Of a stretch of 64,000 nt of DNA, positions 1-13,105 are shown one piece after another. The DNA lies in the NCBI GenBank assembly GCA_021613535.1, contig CP075496.1, positions 6,200,001 to 6,264,000 of the forward strand. Reading direction: 5' to 3'. This stretch comes from Adineta vaga (Eukaryota > Animalia > Rotifera). Position 1 is the stretch's first letter. Each line of letters opens with the position of its first letter. The translations under genes were made by a program, and so were the position numbers. The notes under the pieces were generated by a model, which was given only the letters and a program-made list of their open reading frames with translations, made no database searches and was not told the DNA's origin.

Positions 1-703
1 ATAATCGAGATGAAAAAGATGTACTAGTTGGTAATGGTTTATTAAAATCATCATCACCAATTGTAGTTGACGTACCAAATGTTCGTACTACATCAGCAGC
101 AAGATTTGATAGTTTCTGTTTGATATCATTTGCAAATGTATTATTAGTTTTAAATGAAACTATACGATGTTGACGAGGACGAATTTCTTCCTCATCACTT
201 GAGACTGAGGATGAGGATGATGTTGATTGATCATAAATATCTCGAGAATTTTGATCATCAACTTCAAATTCATCATCAAAATCGGGATCTTCAGCTGGAG
301 AAAACACAGGTTTCATTCGTTTTAATGGAGCCAATGGTTTTGATGTTGAATCCTATCGAAAGAAAAGAAGTATAGCTGTATTGTATTTATATAAATATAT
401 ATATAGAGATTAGTTTACATGTGTAGGTGATTTTACTTCAGGTTTATTTATCTGACGTGAATTAGTATTATGACTGCTATTACGTATTAATTGTTGTGCT
501 AAATTCAGATAATTGATTTTTTTCACACGTTTGGTAAACGCTTCATCTGTTTCATTTTCATTGCGTATAATTTGATGATCTTTAATGAATTGATTAAGAC
601 TTGTTGTTGTTGATAAGTCCGTTTTTTGTAAATAATCATGAAGAAAATCGGACGATGAGGATGATTTCTCTTCAGTGATAACATTTTCATTGGATTCACT
701 CAT
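1..703 (-). CDS. Hypothetical protein, 5' part; continues beyond the left window edge
   Basis: ATG at 703 (MSESNENVITEEK...). A GT-AG intron at 418-353 joins it to an open acidic/Ser-rich exon (DSTSKPLAPLKRMKPVFSPAEDPDFDDEFE...) running to base 1. No family recognised. Confidence 0.55.
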
Positions 704-1425
704 GATTGTTCTATTTATACAACAACGAATACTCAATCAATATATTTAATTATATATACAACAATAAAGAAGAAGAATATGAAGTAGTGACTTGACTTTT
801 CATCTCATCTCATCTCAAAAGTAAAAGAAATTTAGAAGGATAAAAATGAACCAATAGTAATCAATGAACAAGAAAAGATGTCGCCGATTACTAGATTATG
901 GAATTATATCATATAGGTGATTTATAAAATATGATACATGGAATATATGTGAGAAGAAACCATATATATCATATTTTATATAATTTTGTTTATTTTTAAT
1001 TCTCTGTCTCTAGCAATTATTCGTGGGCTTATGTGTGAATAGATAAGCCAAATATGTATCAATGGTATTTTAATAATAACATGACTAATAAATAAAATAT
1101 AATTTTGAATATATATTATTAATATTTATGTCTTGAAAAGTATGCCTATACTTCTATGATTTATGGAAAACGAATGTGCTAAGAGGACAATATAAAAATG
1201 TAAATTCATATGATTAAACAGCTCAATGGAATGTGCTAGTGTATGATAGGGAAATAGAAAGAAATAATAACAAGAATCATTGGAAATCAAGTTTGAAGGT
1301 GGATATGAATACAATGCTGTTTCTGTATATATATATATATAGTACACGTCCACATTCATTGCTAAATTGTATACAGCAATAAGATGAGGATATGGATGTA
1401 TTTTTGTTAAAAGTTGATTAAAGTA

Positions 1426-2259
1426 TCAATTGGTATCTTGTGCAATTGCTCTACAATATCGTTCTCCTGATCGTTGCACAATCTGTTGAGCGTTTTCAAG
1501 AATCACTCCATCAGTACCATAGATAGTAAAAGCATCATAAAGTCTATCATAGTTTACAAGTTGTAAATTTTCCATGAGTCGTCTAATTTTTTTTTCATTG
1601 AGTGGAATGTAGTTTAAAAAACTGTGCATGAATGTAACTTGTGTCGAATCCATACAAATTTGAGGATCATCGCCACTTAGTAACACGCCCTTGTGAGATG
1701 CTCCTTCCGGCCAATATAATGCTTGTGAGCCGTCAAAATGTCCACCTGTACGAATAAGTTTCAATTTTCCATCGAATAAATCTTTCGTAGTACCATCCCA
1801 AAATTGAATACATTGATCCGGTCTCACTACCCACGTTTCAAGATCCTTATGAAGATAAATAGGTACGTTACCAAATGCATGACTCCAATCCACCATAGTA
1901 GTAAAAAAATGTGGATGAGAAATGGCAATGGCAGTAAGACCGCCTAATTTATTGATAAAATCGATAGTATTTTGATCGAGGAATGAAATACAATCCCAAA
2001 GAATATTACCATACGATGTTTGTACTAGAAATGCACGTTGACCAATTCCAAGTCGTGGCTCTGTCCATATTGAAAATAATCCATCTTCTTCACATTTAAA
2101 TTGATTTTTATGTTTGCCCAACACTTCTTCCCGTGTCGTCCATTCTTGTCCAGTCTTACCAACGTAATGTCGTTCGTCTTCACAGATCAAACAATGTGAA
2201 GGTGGTGCCGATGCAGATGGATATTGAATACCACAGTTCAAACATATGTGACAATTCAT
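1426..2259 (-). CDS. Intronless MBL-fold metallo-hydrolase of the bacterial YmaE-like type, with N-terminal Zn-ribbon; horizontal transfer candidate
   Basis: MNCHICLNCGIQY...HCLICEDERHYV..GQEWTT start, then GIGQRAFL, NILWDC, AIAISHPHFF, GGHFDGS and LSGD motifs typical of this bacterial/fungal family. Confidence 0.85.
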   Translation of the reverse strand: MNCHICLNCGIQYPSASAPPSHCLICEDERHYVGKTGQEWTTREEVLGKHKNQFKCEEDGLFSIWTEPRLGIGQRAFLVQTSYGNILWDCISFLDQNTIDFINKLGGLTAIAISHPHFFTTMVDWSHAFGNVPIYLHKDLETWVVRPDQCIQFWDGTTKDLFDGKLKLIRTGGHFDGSQALYWPEGASHKGVLLSGDDPQICMDSTQVTFMHSFLNYIPLNEKKIRRLMENLQLVNYDRLYDAFTIYGTDGVILENAQQIVQRSGERYCRAIAQDTN

Positions 2260-3915
2260 CGGAAAATCGAATAGATTGCTGAAGAAAAACAGAGTTTTAA
2301 CTCGACAAACATGTTTCATGTGTGTATTTCAAGAACGATTTGAAAACAATGTCTATCGATAGCGTTTGTCACGATTGATTCCGATAGTAAGATACAAAGA
2401 AAATAATACCGATACACTATACTTCAGCTCTTTTACCACTCATAAAAGATCAGAAGCAACACTTTACTACTGTACTCATCTGAGCATACAGTGTTGGATT
2501 CTTCCTATTTTTGAATTTGCTTTTCTTAGACATTCTCATCAGGTTCTTTTGAAAGATCGAATTACTAACTATTTTATCTGGCTGATGTATAAATCACTAT
2601 AAGGGGACACATTTGACTGTCGGTCATTCAATACCATTTCTTGTACAATAGCCTGTTCAGATCTGTATTTATTATATAAATACGATGTAAGTTAGATTTC
2701 GTACGATTCAACTCAATCTACAATTGTATACATGTATGCATATCTACCCTAGAAGCGCCTCCTCAAACAAGTCGGATAAACGATTGTGTTATTTGTGAAG
2801 AAAAATCTTTATGAAATTTTTGAGGTCGGGCAAAATGAAATAACTCGAAGTTAACCTAGATGAGACTTGAAAGAATGTTTATCCACAATTGCGGCACATG
2901 ACAGATAACATTTGATAAGACGAAAAGCGAATAAATAAATAAACAGCTATATTATACTTCTTTTTACATCTCTAAAGATCAATACTATGTGTACAGATGT
3001 ATCAATTGAGGACGAAACATTTATGTAATAGTATTGTGTCGAACTGATCCGAATATCAACCATTCATTTTAACACATGTATGTCATCTGTGTACATCTGA
3101 CTCAACGTTGTTTGTCAAAACCAAACTATCAGGCTTTGTTCAGATATCTTCTTAAGTTTTTAAACTTATCATTCGAACATCGAAATATTTTCTCTGTTTT
3201 TCTGTATGATATTATAGAAATTATGGATCAAGCATAGTAAAATAAACAAAAAGATACATATAGTATTATTGTATTTCATGCTATTATACCATGATACTTT
3301 ATTATTTTAAAAGATGGAAATGCTATTTGAAATTCTGTTGATGATACTGGTTTTCATTTCTCCGAATAAATTAGCATTCAAATTGTTATCATATCACTAA
3401 TCACAAATGTTAACCTCAATTTTCAAAGATGATTAGCTGACCTATCTATCAGTTGAGTGAATCTAATAAAAGATATAAACTTTCTATTCGCATTTACCAC
3501 ATCACTATTGTGTTTACTTTACATGACTATACTTCTGTGTCGTGTCAATATGAATATAAGATAAAGAAAATGATATGACTTTGAACATCGTATGGTTCAA
3601 CTAATATGTCAATGGCGACATCTGAGATTATATTGAACATTTTTTGAACCCTTTTATAAGATTATATTTGTGATTAAGATAAAATAATGTACAGTTGAAA
3701 ATTAAAGATTTCATTCCTTTTTGTCGAAATTTATATAGAATCCATCTATCGTTCAAATATTGCTGACCAATGGTCAATTCCTTTGAGATGCTCTTCTGTG
3801 TAGCCATATTTGTTTGTTTATATTCATCATATATATTAGCATTTGACTTTTTTATCCTTAGTTCAATAGTTACAAATCAGAACTTTTGAATTATAAATTG
3901 AACCATCAGTTGATA

Positions 3916-4882
3916 ATGTTTATTCAACTGTTGGTTACATCTAGTTGTCTTATTCTTATTGTTCAAGCAGCAGCAACAAACAGTTCAAAAGGTCAAAGTG
4001 CTGATGCTTTGACTTTACCTAAACAGGGTCCATCACTGTATGATGATTATGACTTAAATGATCCTAAAGTATCAGGAACAAATGTTGAAGGTAGTGGTGG
4101 TGCAGCAAGTCTGGACGAATATGCTGATGACGAAGAAGAAGAACAATTATCAAAAGTAACTGCTAACAGTAGTACAACTACAACCGCAATTATGATTACA
4201 ACGAGACCGACTACTTCAACAACAAGTCGTACAACAACGATTAGAACAACAATAACATCATCATCATCATCATCATTACCATCACGAACAACTCAATCAA
4301 CAACAACTACGACTCAATCAACTACGACGACTACTTTCGCTAATCGATGGACGAAAACGACAACATCTAATTATGATCAAACAAAGAAGAAAGCTCAAAG
4401 TAGTACAACATTATCAACTCAAGTTTTTAATGATCTAGATGCAAGTGAATTTAAAGATGAACATGAAGATTATACAGATGATCTTGAAGATGATGCTTAT
4501 TACAATGAACCAACAATATCAACGAAAGGTTCAACAACAATAATTCCATCGTCTCGATATCCAATTCTTACAACGCGACAATCTTCTACTGGAAATCATA
4601 CTACACCTTTATGGATGCTCTTCAGTTTTCTTACGCGTCCACCCATTGCAGCAGGTATCCTTGCTGGTAAGTTATTTTAATTGAAACGAAGAATTTTTCA
4701 AACTAATTTTTATTTGAATACTTCTAGGTTTAGCCATAGGTATTTTAACTTCGATTATTCTTCTTATCTGTATTATTCGACGTTATCATACACGTGAAAA
4801 ATCTCACTCATCGTATACAACAGGTTTACTTTATCCTAATCAATATGGTTATTCCAAATCACCACAAGAATTCTATGCATGA
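3916..4882 (+). CDS. SDC: Syndecan-like heparan sulfate proteoglycan core protein (exons 3916-4666, 4728-4882)
   Basis: Signal peptide, acidic-flanked Ser-Gly sites (VSG, EGSGG), Thr-rich mucin stalk, TM IAAGILAGLAIGILTSIILLICII, and a tail ending QEFYA-stop (syndecan PDZ-binding motif). Confidence 0.85.
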
Positions 4883-5130
4883 TACGATCAATCGTTCTTT
4901 TTTTCTATTACACGGATTATCTTATTCTTTGTTGTTGTTTTGTTCAGTAGCATTTTTCAAAAAATTCTATTCAGCTCAATTCGATGTCTCTGCCATATCT
5001 CAGGAATATGAACATTTATATTTGTGCGTGTGTGTATGTGCGTGTCAGATCACTACAGATATCTTATTGTTTTTCTTCCTTTTGCTTATAAATGTAGAAT
5101 AAATAAAATATTCATTTGTCTTGTCTTCTA

Positions 5131-6846
5131 TCAATATTTTCTTTGTTTATTTCCATGAGAAATAATTACACTTTCATTTGATACAGAAGAATCTACTGTT
5201 GATGCCATTGAAGTTATTTCAATTTCAGTCATTGAAGATTGAATAAATGAAGTAGATGATTCATTATTGTGATTAATAATACTATAAAATGTTAGTTCAG
5301 ATTCGTCCGAATCAGAATATTTTCGTTGATAAAATGAACTATTGCGAGGATTAGAATTCATGTTTATGTTTTCAATAGAACGGTATTGATCAAACCGTGT
5401 AGGTTTTTTATCCGTATTAACTATGATTAAAACAAAAAAAGATATACGAAGGTCTGAACGATTATCTATATTCTTAACTATCCGAGGTCACAAATGATTC
5501 TTCTCATTGGTCAATGATCGTTACCCCCATGACAAATTGACCTCGAATAAGGTCATAGATACAACTAAGCGTTTTCTTTTTCAAAACTTTCTTAATATAA
5601 TCTTTGCATACCACGTTTAGTCACACTTGATACGAATTGTTGATTTTTCCGTTTGTTAATTAAACCATTAATATTCTCTTGTTTTTTTCCTTTAAAAAAG
5701 TGTCCTGATAGAATGACATATAGACAGACTATTGTTACAAGAAGTAAAACAAGGACAAATGGTATGATGGCACCTGAGGATATATTGTCTCTCTTTGAAG
5801 ATGTTTCCGTCTTGAAAGTTGTTGTTATTAATTCTTTAATTGATGAGAAATTTTTGAATTGTTGATCGCTGCGAGACAATTCATGATCAGTTGTTGTTAT
5901 TAATTGTGAATTTTTTTTCCATGATAGAATTTGACATGTTTGATATTCTTTCACACATAGTTGACGGTATGTTTGATTTTGTAATTCAATCAATGAACGA
6001 ATATCACATATGGTACGTTGATCATCGAATCGTTGAGATTGACAATGTTGAAAATGAATTTTGTTCAATGGTAAATAAACGAATGAACAATCACAATGAA
6101 TGTTTCTATTCACTTCAATTGTTAATAATTTTTTTGATTGAAATAAATTATCAAAAAGACAAAGAGGAAGATGAAAATGTTCATCACATATGATCAATGT
6201 CAATTGATTTCGTGTTGTTAATGATCGAATCCATTGATCTTGATTTGGTTGAAAAAGTTCATTGGAATTATTTAATATCAACGTTCGTAAACGACGTAGT
6301 TGAAAGAAAAATGTTTGTGGTAAATGTGAGATCTGATTATCAGATATATCCAAAAGAGTTAGTTTTGAACTTGAAAGAATTGTTGTTTGATTAAATTGAA
6401 GTTTATTCTTATTTAAATAAAGACTTTCAATCGAAGATTGAGAATAACAGGATGGAATTGATTGAATTTGATTTTCTGTTAAGATTAATTTAATAATTGT
6501 GGAGATTTGAAAAATATGACAAGAAATAATTGAAAGTGAATTGGAACTTAGATCAAGAATTAGATTTTGATGAAGTGTTGTTTGAAGAAATCGTGTTAAA
6601 TTCCATGGTATTTCAGAAAGTTTAGCATTTTGACATGTTATATGATAGCCTTTAAATGAGATCTAGTACGAACAGTTTAAGGAAGAATCTAAAACTTTTA
6701 CCATCGAATGCTGAATAACACTGACAGAAAGTTGGACAAGTATCTGTCGATTCATAAACAAAATGAGATTTATTTATAAAGAATGGTATTAACTTACGAA
6801 TAGGAGAGACATGAATGCATAGAAAGAGAAGAACTAGTAATAGCAT
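5131..6846 (-). CDS. Leucine-rich repeat single-pass membrane protein (multi-exon)
   Basis: Signal peptide, LRRNT CPTFCQC, repeats LDLSSNSL / LILTENQI / LYLNKNKL / LDISDNQISHLP, LRRCT NIHCDC, TM IIPFVLVLLLVTIVCLYVIL. Confidence 0.8.
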
Positions 6847-7589
6847 TATGATTCATTGAAGTTAAATAGATTTAACTTGGCGGTAACTTTTAGTTATGTT
6901 ATAATTTACATTTTCGAAAATGTGATCGTTTTGAAATTTATTTTTGATCAAAGAACAAGCTTTGTTTCTCCATATTACATCATAAAACAAAATCGTAATT
7001 GTCATGTTCAGTAAACTTCTTTTGTTAATAAACATCATTGTTTAAATGGCTTCTGATGACGAACTTTTCTTTCTTTTTTTCTCTTCACTTCATTGACAAT
7101 ATAATCCTATGTCTTAGATCATGTTATAAAAAATCAATCCGATCATCTTCTTCTTTTGTTAATGTAGTTTTACATGCTTGATTTATTAGTTAATTTAATT
7201 CATGAAGAGAAAAAGAAATAACCTTCAAATTATGAAATTCTTGATCTATTTCCTTTTTCCTATCGGAAGTGTGCTATTTCCTTTGTTGATCATAGAAGAG
7301 TTCTTTAGATGTGAAGAAAAAAAAATTTTTTCTTTTTTCTCATTAGTAAAATTTGAAATTTATAAAATAAACAATTGAATTTTAGAGTAATAATAACAAT
7401 ACTCAAATTGAAAACTTTCTCTCCTTTTAAAAAAAATGTGAACTCGATGAAAAAGAAAGGTCAACCACACTATCAGCTGTTTCGTTCTTTCATTCACGAT
7501 CATAGTTGACTTTCTTCTTTCTCTCTCTCTCTCTTTCGGTCTTATTCATATCGTTCATAGCTAATAGTGAGGTGCTGGCATAAAGCAAA

Positions 7590-7608
7590 AGAGAGAGAGA
7601 GAGAGAGA
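7590..7608 (+). repeat. (GA)n microsatellite upstream of TMEM198 (more GA/CT runs at about 7520 and 7770)
   Basis: Run of gagagaga... visible in the sequence. Confidence 0.75.
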
Positions 7609-7993
7609 AAGAGAAAGACAGAACGTGTGCACATGCATGTATAGAAAAGAAAACACGCATGAATCTTATCGTCGTCTGTCATTAGTAGACAGAAGGAAAT
7701 GTGTCACTATAGACACATCGGTTGATTTTCATGTTAACTTATTCAACACATTTCACTAGATAGATAAGAAAGAGAGAGAGAGAAAACTATCGTAATTATC
7801 AGTGGTTCTAATTCTCCTTTTATTTTGTTACATCTGTGTTTCTCATGAACAAACAATAATGATGTAATCAACTATTTGTGTCTACTAATCTTTTCTTCTT
7901 CTTCTTCTTCTTCTTCTTTTTATTTTCTTTATCTTACGTTTATACTTGCAATGGATATTTTAGAAAATATCTAGTTTTTGTCTTTAGATTAGA

Positions 7994-9891
7994 ATGAAAA
8001 ACATGACAATGAATCGAACAAGTACAGAAGAATATTGTGATTTAAAATTACCAACTCATTATGAATTACATTGGTTAATTGCTTATATATCATTGGCATT
8101 GGTTGGATTATTCTATGCTATTCTTGGTAAAATGCTTCATTTATTTTTATTTTTGAAAAAAAAACTTATCCTTTTTGTAAATGAAATTCTTTCAGGTTAT
8201 CGTTGGTGGCGTTTGACAATGTTTATAACATCGTTTAGTCTTGGTTCACTTCTTCTTTATATTATTCTATCAACTCAACCAACAATGAATGAATCTCAAT
8301 TAATTGGTGTTTCATGTTCAATTGCTTTACTATTTGGTTTAATAAATATCTTATTACAATATGTCGGTTTATTTATTAATGGATTTTGTTTTGGTTTAAT
8401 TCTTTCAATCATAACATTTATTATTTGGGATATAAAACAACGTGCCAATGGAAGTAGTACATCATTTTGGTTAATTATTGCTCTTATTTTAATTGTCGGA
8501 TTATTATGTGCGATCTTAGCATTACGTTTTCAAAAATTTATGTTAATTATCACATCATCATGTTTGGCTGGAGTATGCCACGTTTTGGTCTTAGATTATT
8601 TCCTTCAGTTATCTCTCTTATTACGTTTCGTTCATAAACGTCTTCTTTTTGAATTAACAGCAACTTTATGTATTCGTCATTGGATTATTATATTGATTTT
8701 ACCGATTGTCATGTTATTTGGTATTATTATACAGTATACATGTACAGGAAGAAATTATGATCATCGAGATTCATGGCATAGAGGTATGAAACGAATAATA
8801 GCCAGCTGTGTCTTTTAGTCTATTCAAGCATATTTAATTCCATTAGTTAGGGTACATTTCTCACGAAAGAATCGACTCTTTTTATCATTAAACGGATGTA
8901 TTGACCTTGAACTCTTTTCTATGATCGGACACATGTACGTACGCTTATCTTAAAGAGAATGTCGAGCAGATAATATGGTAACATTGAATGGCTAATTATA
9001 TTCTCATTGATGTAAAGAGAAAAAAAATTAGATGAGATATCGACATATTTATCGAGACAGACTAATCTTCTTCGATCAATAGAATAATTCTCCAAGGAAA
9101 TAATCTTCATTTTTTTCTTTGTTTTCTATCTTTTTTAGTTATCCATGCAGGCCATAAACGATATAAAACAGCAAATCTAAAAAAAATTCGTCGACATTAT
9201 GAACAAGATTCACTTCGACAACAGATAATTCCTGATGAAAGTAATCGTTTTCGATATTTTTATCAACTACGACGAGCTAATGGTGATGCACTTTCATCGG
9301 TAAATTTATTAGTTTTCTTCTTCTTCCTCGTTTTCTGAAACAGAAGTTCTTTAAATGATCTAATTTGTCAACATCAATAAATGTGTATTTAGATATACAC
9401 AAGCACGTTTGGCCTTCCATATGTCAGACATCTAATCATTGAATAGTGATGAATTAATATTCGGATTGTTCATATGTTGGTTTCATTTGAAAAAGAGGCA
9501 CACAGAGAGAGAGAGAAAGATCAGGTCAAGGATAGAAATGTCTTATGTAAATAGTTTGGATGATGAACGATAAAGTTGTATTGATGACGTCAAAGTATCG
9601 AAGCAATCTGGGAGAACAAATAGCTCAGTAGGTGTTTAGATGACGTAACTGTATTCATATGATACCTAGCATAACATATCCATATGTTTTCTTGTTGATG
9701 ATAACCAGACACATTTATTCATTTAGGATTTTATACAAAATGTACGACAACAAAACTCAACAGTAATTCGTATGAATAATAATGAAGATAATAATAATAA
9801 TAATACTTCGAATTCTACAAAGACAACTGGAGTAGTATCAACAAAAAAAGATACCGATAGTACAACAACTACATTAACACATTTAATCTAA
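7994..9891 (+). CDS. TMEM198: Transmembrane protein 198 (exons about 7994-8126, 8196-8783, 9139-9299, 9727-9891)
   Basis: About seven hydrophobic segments, GYRWWRLTMF after TM1, C-terminal RRANGDALSSDFIQ resembling the TMEM198 NGDVLSPSYIQ motif. Confidence 0.8.
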
Positions 9892-11087
9892 AGATAACGT
9901 TGATTTTGATCAGCAAAATCTATATGTATTCTTTGATGTTTCTTTTTCTTTTGCTTCTCAGGAATTGTCTTTATTTTATTATATATTCATTTTTGGCGAA
10001 CGAAATAAATTTACGTATGAACATAGATGTAGAAAGAAATAATTGTTACAAATTTGGTCATTCAAATCACGTATAGATCCATAAATATCATTGAGATTTG
10101 GAAAATTGATTTGTTGTGAATATCTACTCGATTGATTCCATTGTTCGGCTATTAAATGTCTTGAAGTAATTATGTGTATAACGATTGTTTACATCGGTTA
10201 CTTAGTCAGACAGATACATATCAGTTCATTGTCAATCAACATATCCCAACAACTTGTTTATATTCATTCAAGGAATCGATAATAATGTCTTTTCAATGCA
10301 GTTCGTCAAAAGGAAAACATTTAGAAGGAAGAAGATAGATAGATAGATATCGTATTCAAATATTTATTCCTTTATTAAAATATATATACTTATATATCAA
10401 TCAAGAAATGTTCAGATACTTGATAACGATAATTGTCGTTATTTGTAGAATATCCGAATTCATTCAAGGTAAATACGAAGTAGAGAGTTCTAAGGCCAAG
10501 GTTCTGTGCATATTTCTCCTCAGTAGCAAAGTTACGTATATACTTCTTCACTTTTTTTTCAATATTTTGCTAAAGGCATTGTATAGAAATTTTCGAATTA
10601 CCATCCAAAATCATACAGTTATGGCCATCGATTACATCAACATCTGATCAGTTTACAATGACACTAGAAAATGCAATTCACGTTCATATTCAGTAATATA
10701 TTAACAAAGAGCATAATGATGTCGTAATCTAAACTAATACAATTTAATCATTGGAAGAGAACTTTATTTTAATGAGAGTAAAAGTGATTAACATCATATG
10801 ACTAACTGTACTCTGAATTAAGTCATGTACTATAATAATGACCTTTGTCCGCTATTAAGAAATTGAAACTATACATGAAAACTTAATTGACGAATAGCAA
10901 TTTTTGAACATTAACTGCCGTTATAATAACGAATAAGAAAAGAAAAAGAACAAATCCACTGAACCATGACTATAACATTCATATTGCACGTAGATAAAGA
11001 AAACAAGTCAACACAGACATAAAGAAGAAAAAAAAACGAAATTAAAACTCAACCATTTATTTATATTATTAAAATCTTAAACAAAAA

Positions 11088-12686
11088 ATGAATTTAGTCT
11101 TTTTAATTATATTGATCTCATCAATTCCATTTATTAATAGTTCTTATAATCCAATTCCCAATGGTTCTGTGATTATTTCTACAACACATACAATATCCAT
11201 CTTACTACCACAAGAATTCGATGGATTTGATAAAATCACCGTTATATTTTCAGCTCCGAAAAATCTAACTATAATAAATACAATATTTGATTCGATAACA
11301 CGTGATTTTTATATACTTTATAACAATAAAACGAATAATCTTAATTATATATGTCGATTAGTATCGGTAGAAAAGCTCGATTCCATTGCTTATCAATTAC
11401 CTTTTTCATTTAATATATCTGATATTAATCAATTAACAACATTTACATCCGATACTGTTAATAAACGTGCTTTTCTTACTGATCAAAATGGTACTGTAAC
11501 AATATTTTCTATGAGTGGTACAATGAAAAAAATTCTTCGAACACCATCAACAATAGATTCGTCTATACGATCTGTCAGTTATAATCCAAGTCTCAATCGT
11601 TTATTTATTATTACAGACTCAACAGTTAATTCTTGTACTAATCTCGATAGAAATGATCTTCAATGTTGTCAAGCATCACCCAAAGGTCAATTCCTTCGTT
11701 CGATCGCATTCGATCCTCTATCAAGTACTACATACATATATGTGATGGATGAACGTTCAGGTGTTTATCAAGTTGTACTTGATAATATAACTCATTGTCC
11801 AATCACATTACGTCCGATAAATGCAATGGGTTCCTATAAAAATAATCATCTTGCTATTTATCAAGATTTATATTTTTGTTCGGGAAGTGTAGATACTTCT
11901 AATCATTATTCAATATTAATTATTGGTAAAGAATTAGAAATGCCACGTACAATATCATTTGATGCAGCCATTGTTGCATTACATATTTCATATCCGAATA
12001 TGAAATCACTACTAAACGATAAAGAAACATGTTTTCATGGTATTACTTATCATGATTATCGTGTTGCTGTTGTACTTGCAGCAATATTTGGCACAGTAAT
12101 GGGCATATTTATGTGTTTTAATGCATTATTCTGTATTGATTTCTTTATGACAAAACGTATTATTCGTGATTTAAGACGACAAATACCACATAATTTATTA
12201 GAAGATCGTTGGAATAAATTAGTCAATGAAAAATATGCAAAATTAGCACTTGAACGTAAGTTTTCTTTCAAAATAACTATAAGTACGATTCAATATTCTT
12301 CTTTGGTTTTAGTTCATCGAAAGAAAGATGATCCACCTATAAGACGAAAATCATCCGTAGCTACACGAAAGATTCTAACAAGTGAAAATGTTCAATTTAC
12401 AAGTGGTGGTGATACCTATCAAGTTGCTAATCCAATTCCAAGAATTTCAACTTATCTTCGTCGTAAGAGTGAAAGTTATTTAGTTCGTTCTCGACGAAAT
12501 AATGAAAGTCGATCTTTATCACGAACGAATGATCGTTATGTGACAGTACCTAATAAACCAAATGTGACGACAGCTGTACCACGAATTCATATAGAGGAAG
12601 CGAACAATGAAGATCAGAATGAAAAACAACCATTCGAAAATGTTAATCATGATGATTTAGCAAAAACTAACGCGGAAATTTTATAA
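11088..12686 (+). CDS. Uncharacterised type I membrane glycoprotein with probable beta-propeller-like ectodomain (57-nt intron at 12256-12312)
   Basis: Signal peptide, beta-rich repeats (RSVSYNPSLNRLFI, RSIAFDPLSSTTYIYV), TM AVVLAAIFGTVMGIFMCFNALFCI, basic Ser-rich tail. Confidence 0.65.
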   Translation: MNLVFLIILISSIPFINSSYNPIPNGSVIISTTHTISILLPQEFDGFDKITVIFSAPKNLTIINTIFDSITRDFYILYNNKTNNLNYICRLVSVEKLDSIAYQLPFSFNISDINQLTTFTSDTVNKRAFLTDQNGTVTIFSMSGTMKKILRTPSTIDSSIRSVSYNPSLNRLFIITDSTVNSCTNLDRNDLQCCQASPKGQFLRSIAFDPLSSTTYIYVMDERSGVYQVVLDNITHCPITLRPINAMGSYKNNHLAIYQDLYFCSGSVDTSNHYSILIIGKELEMPRTISFDAAIVALHISYPNMKSLLNDKETCFHGITYHDYRVAVVLAAIFGTVMGIFMCFNALFCIDFFMTKRIIRDLRRQIPHNLLEDRWNKLVNEKYAKLALERKFSFKITISTIQYSSLVLVHRKKDDPPIRRKSSVATRKILTSENVQFTSGGDTYQVANPIPRISTYLRRKSESYLVRSRRNNESRSLSRTNDRYVTVPNKPNVTTAVPRIHIEEANNEDQNEKQPFENVNHDDLAKTNAEIL

Positions 12687-13105
12687 GCAAGAAAGAGAAA
12701 GAAACGTCAAGACACATGTAAGAAAAAAGTTTTTTTTCTTCGTTTTTTATGTTCTATTGTCTTTCCATGTGTTTTTGTTCGATGAAAAAAGTGACGACGA
12801 CATTTCATATTAGCATGTAATGCATAATGCTTTCTTTTTTTTTCTTTCATGTATCTGATTCAATGACGAACTTGTTTTTCTTTATTCAATCAAAGTTTGA
12901 TGCTTGATTTTGGAAGTTTCATTTTCTCTCATGATTGTGATTGAGAATCAGTCGATTTTTGACTTACTTCTTTTTGTTCTTGTGTTTTTCATGTAGAATT
13001 AGATTATGTTTACAAACAGATAGAATTTTAGATTGTAAATCAGATAATAACGAATAAGTTCTAATCCTTGTAGATTTATATGATCTAATTGAACAGTATT
13101 CTTTT

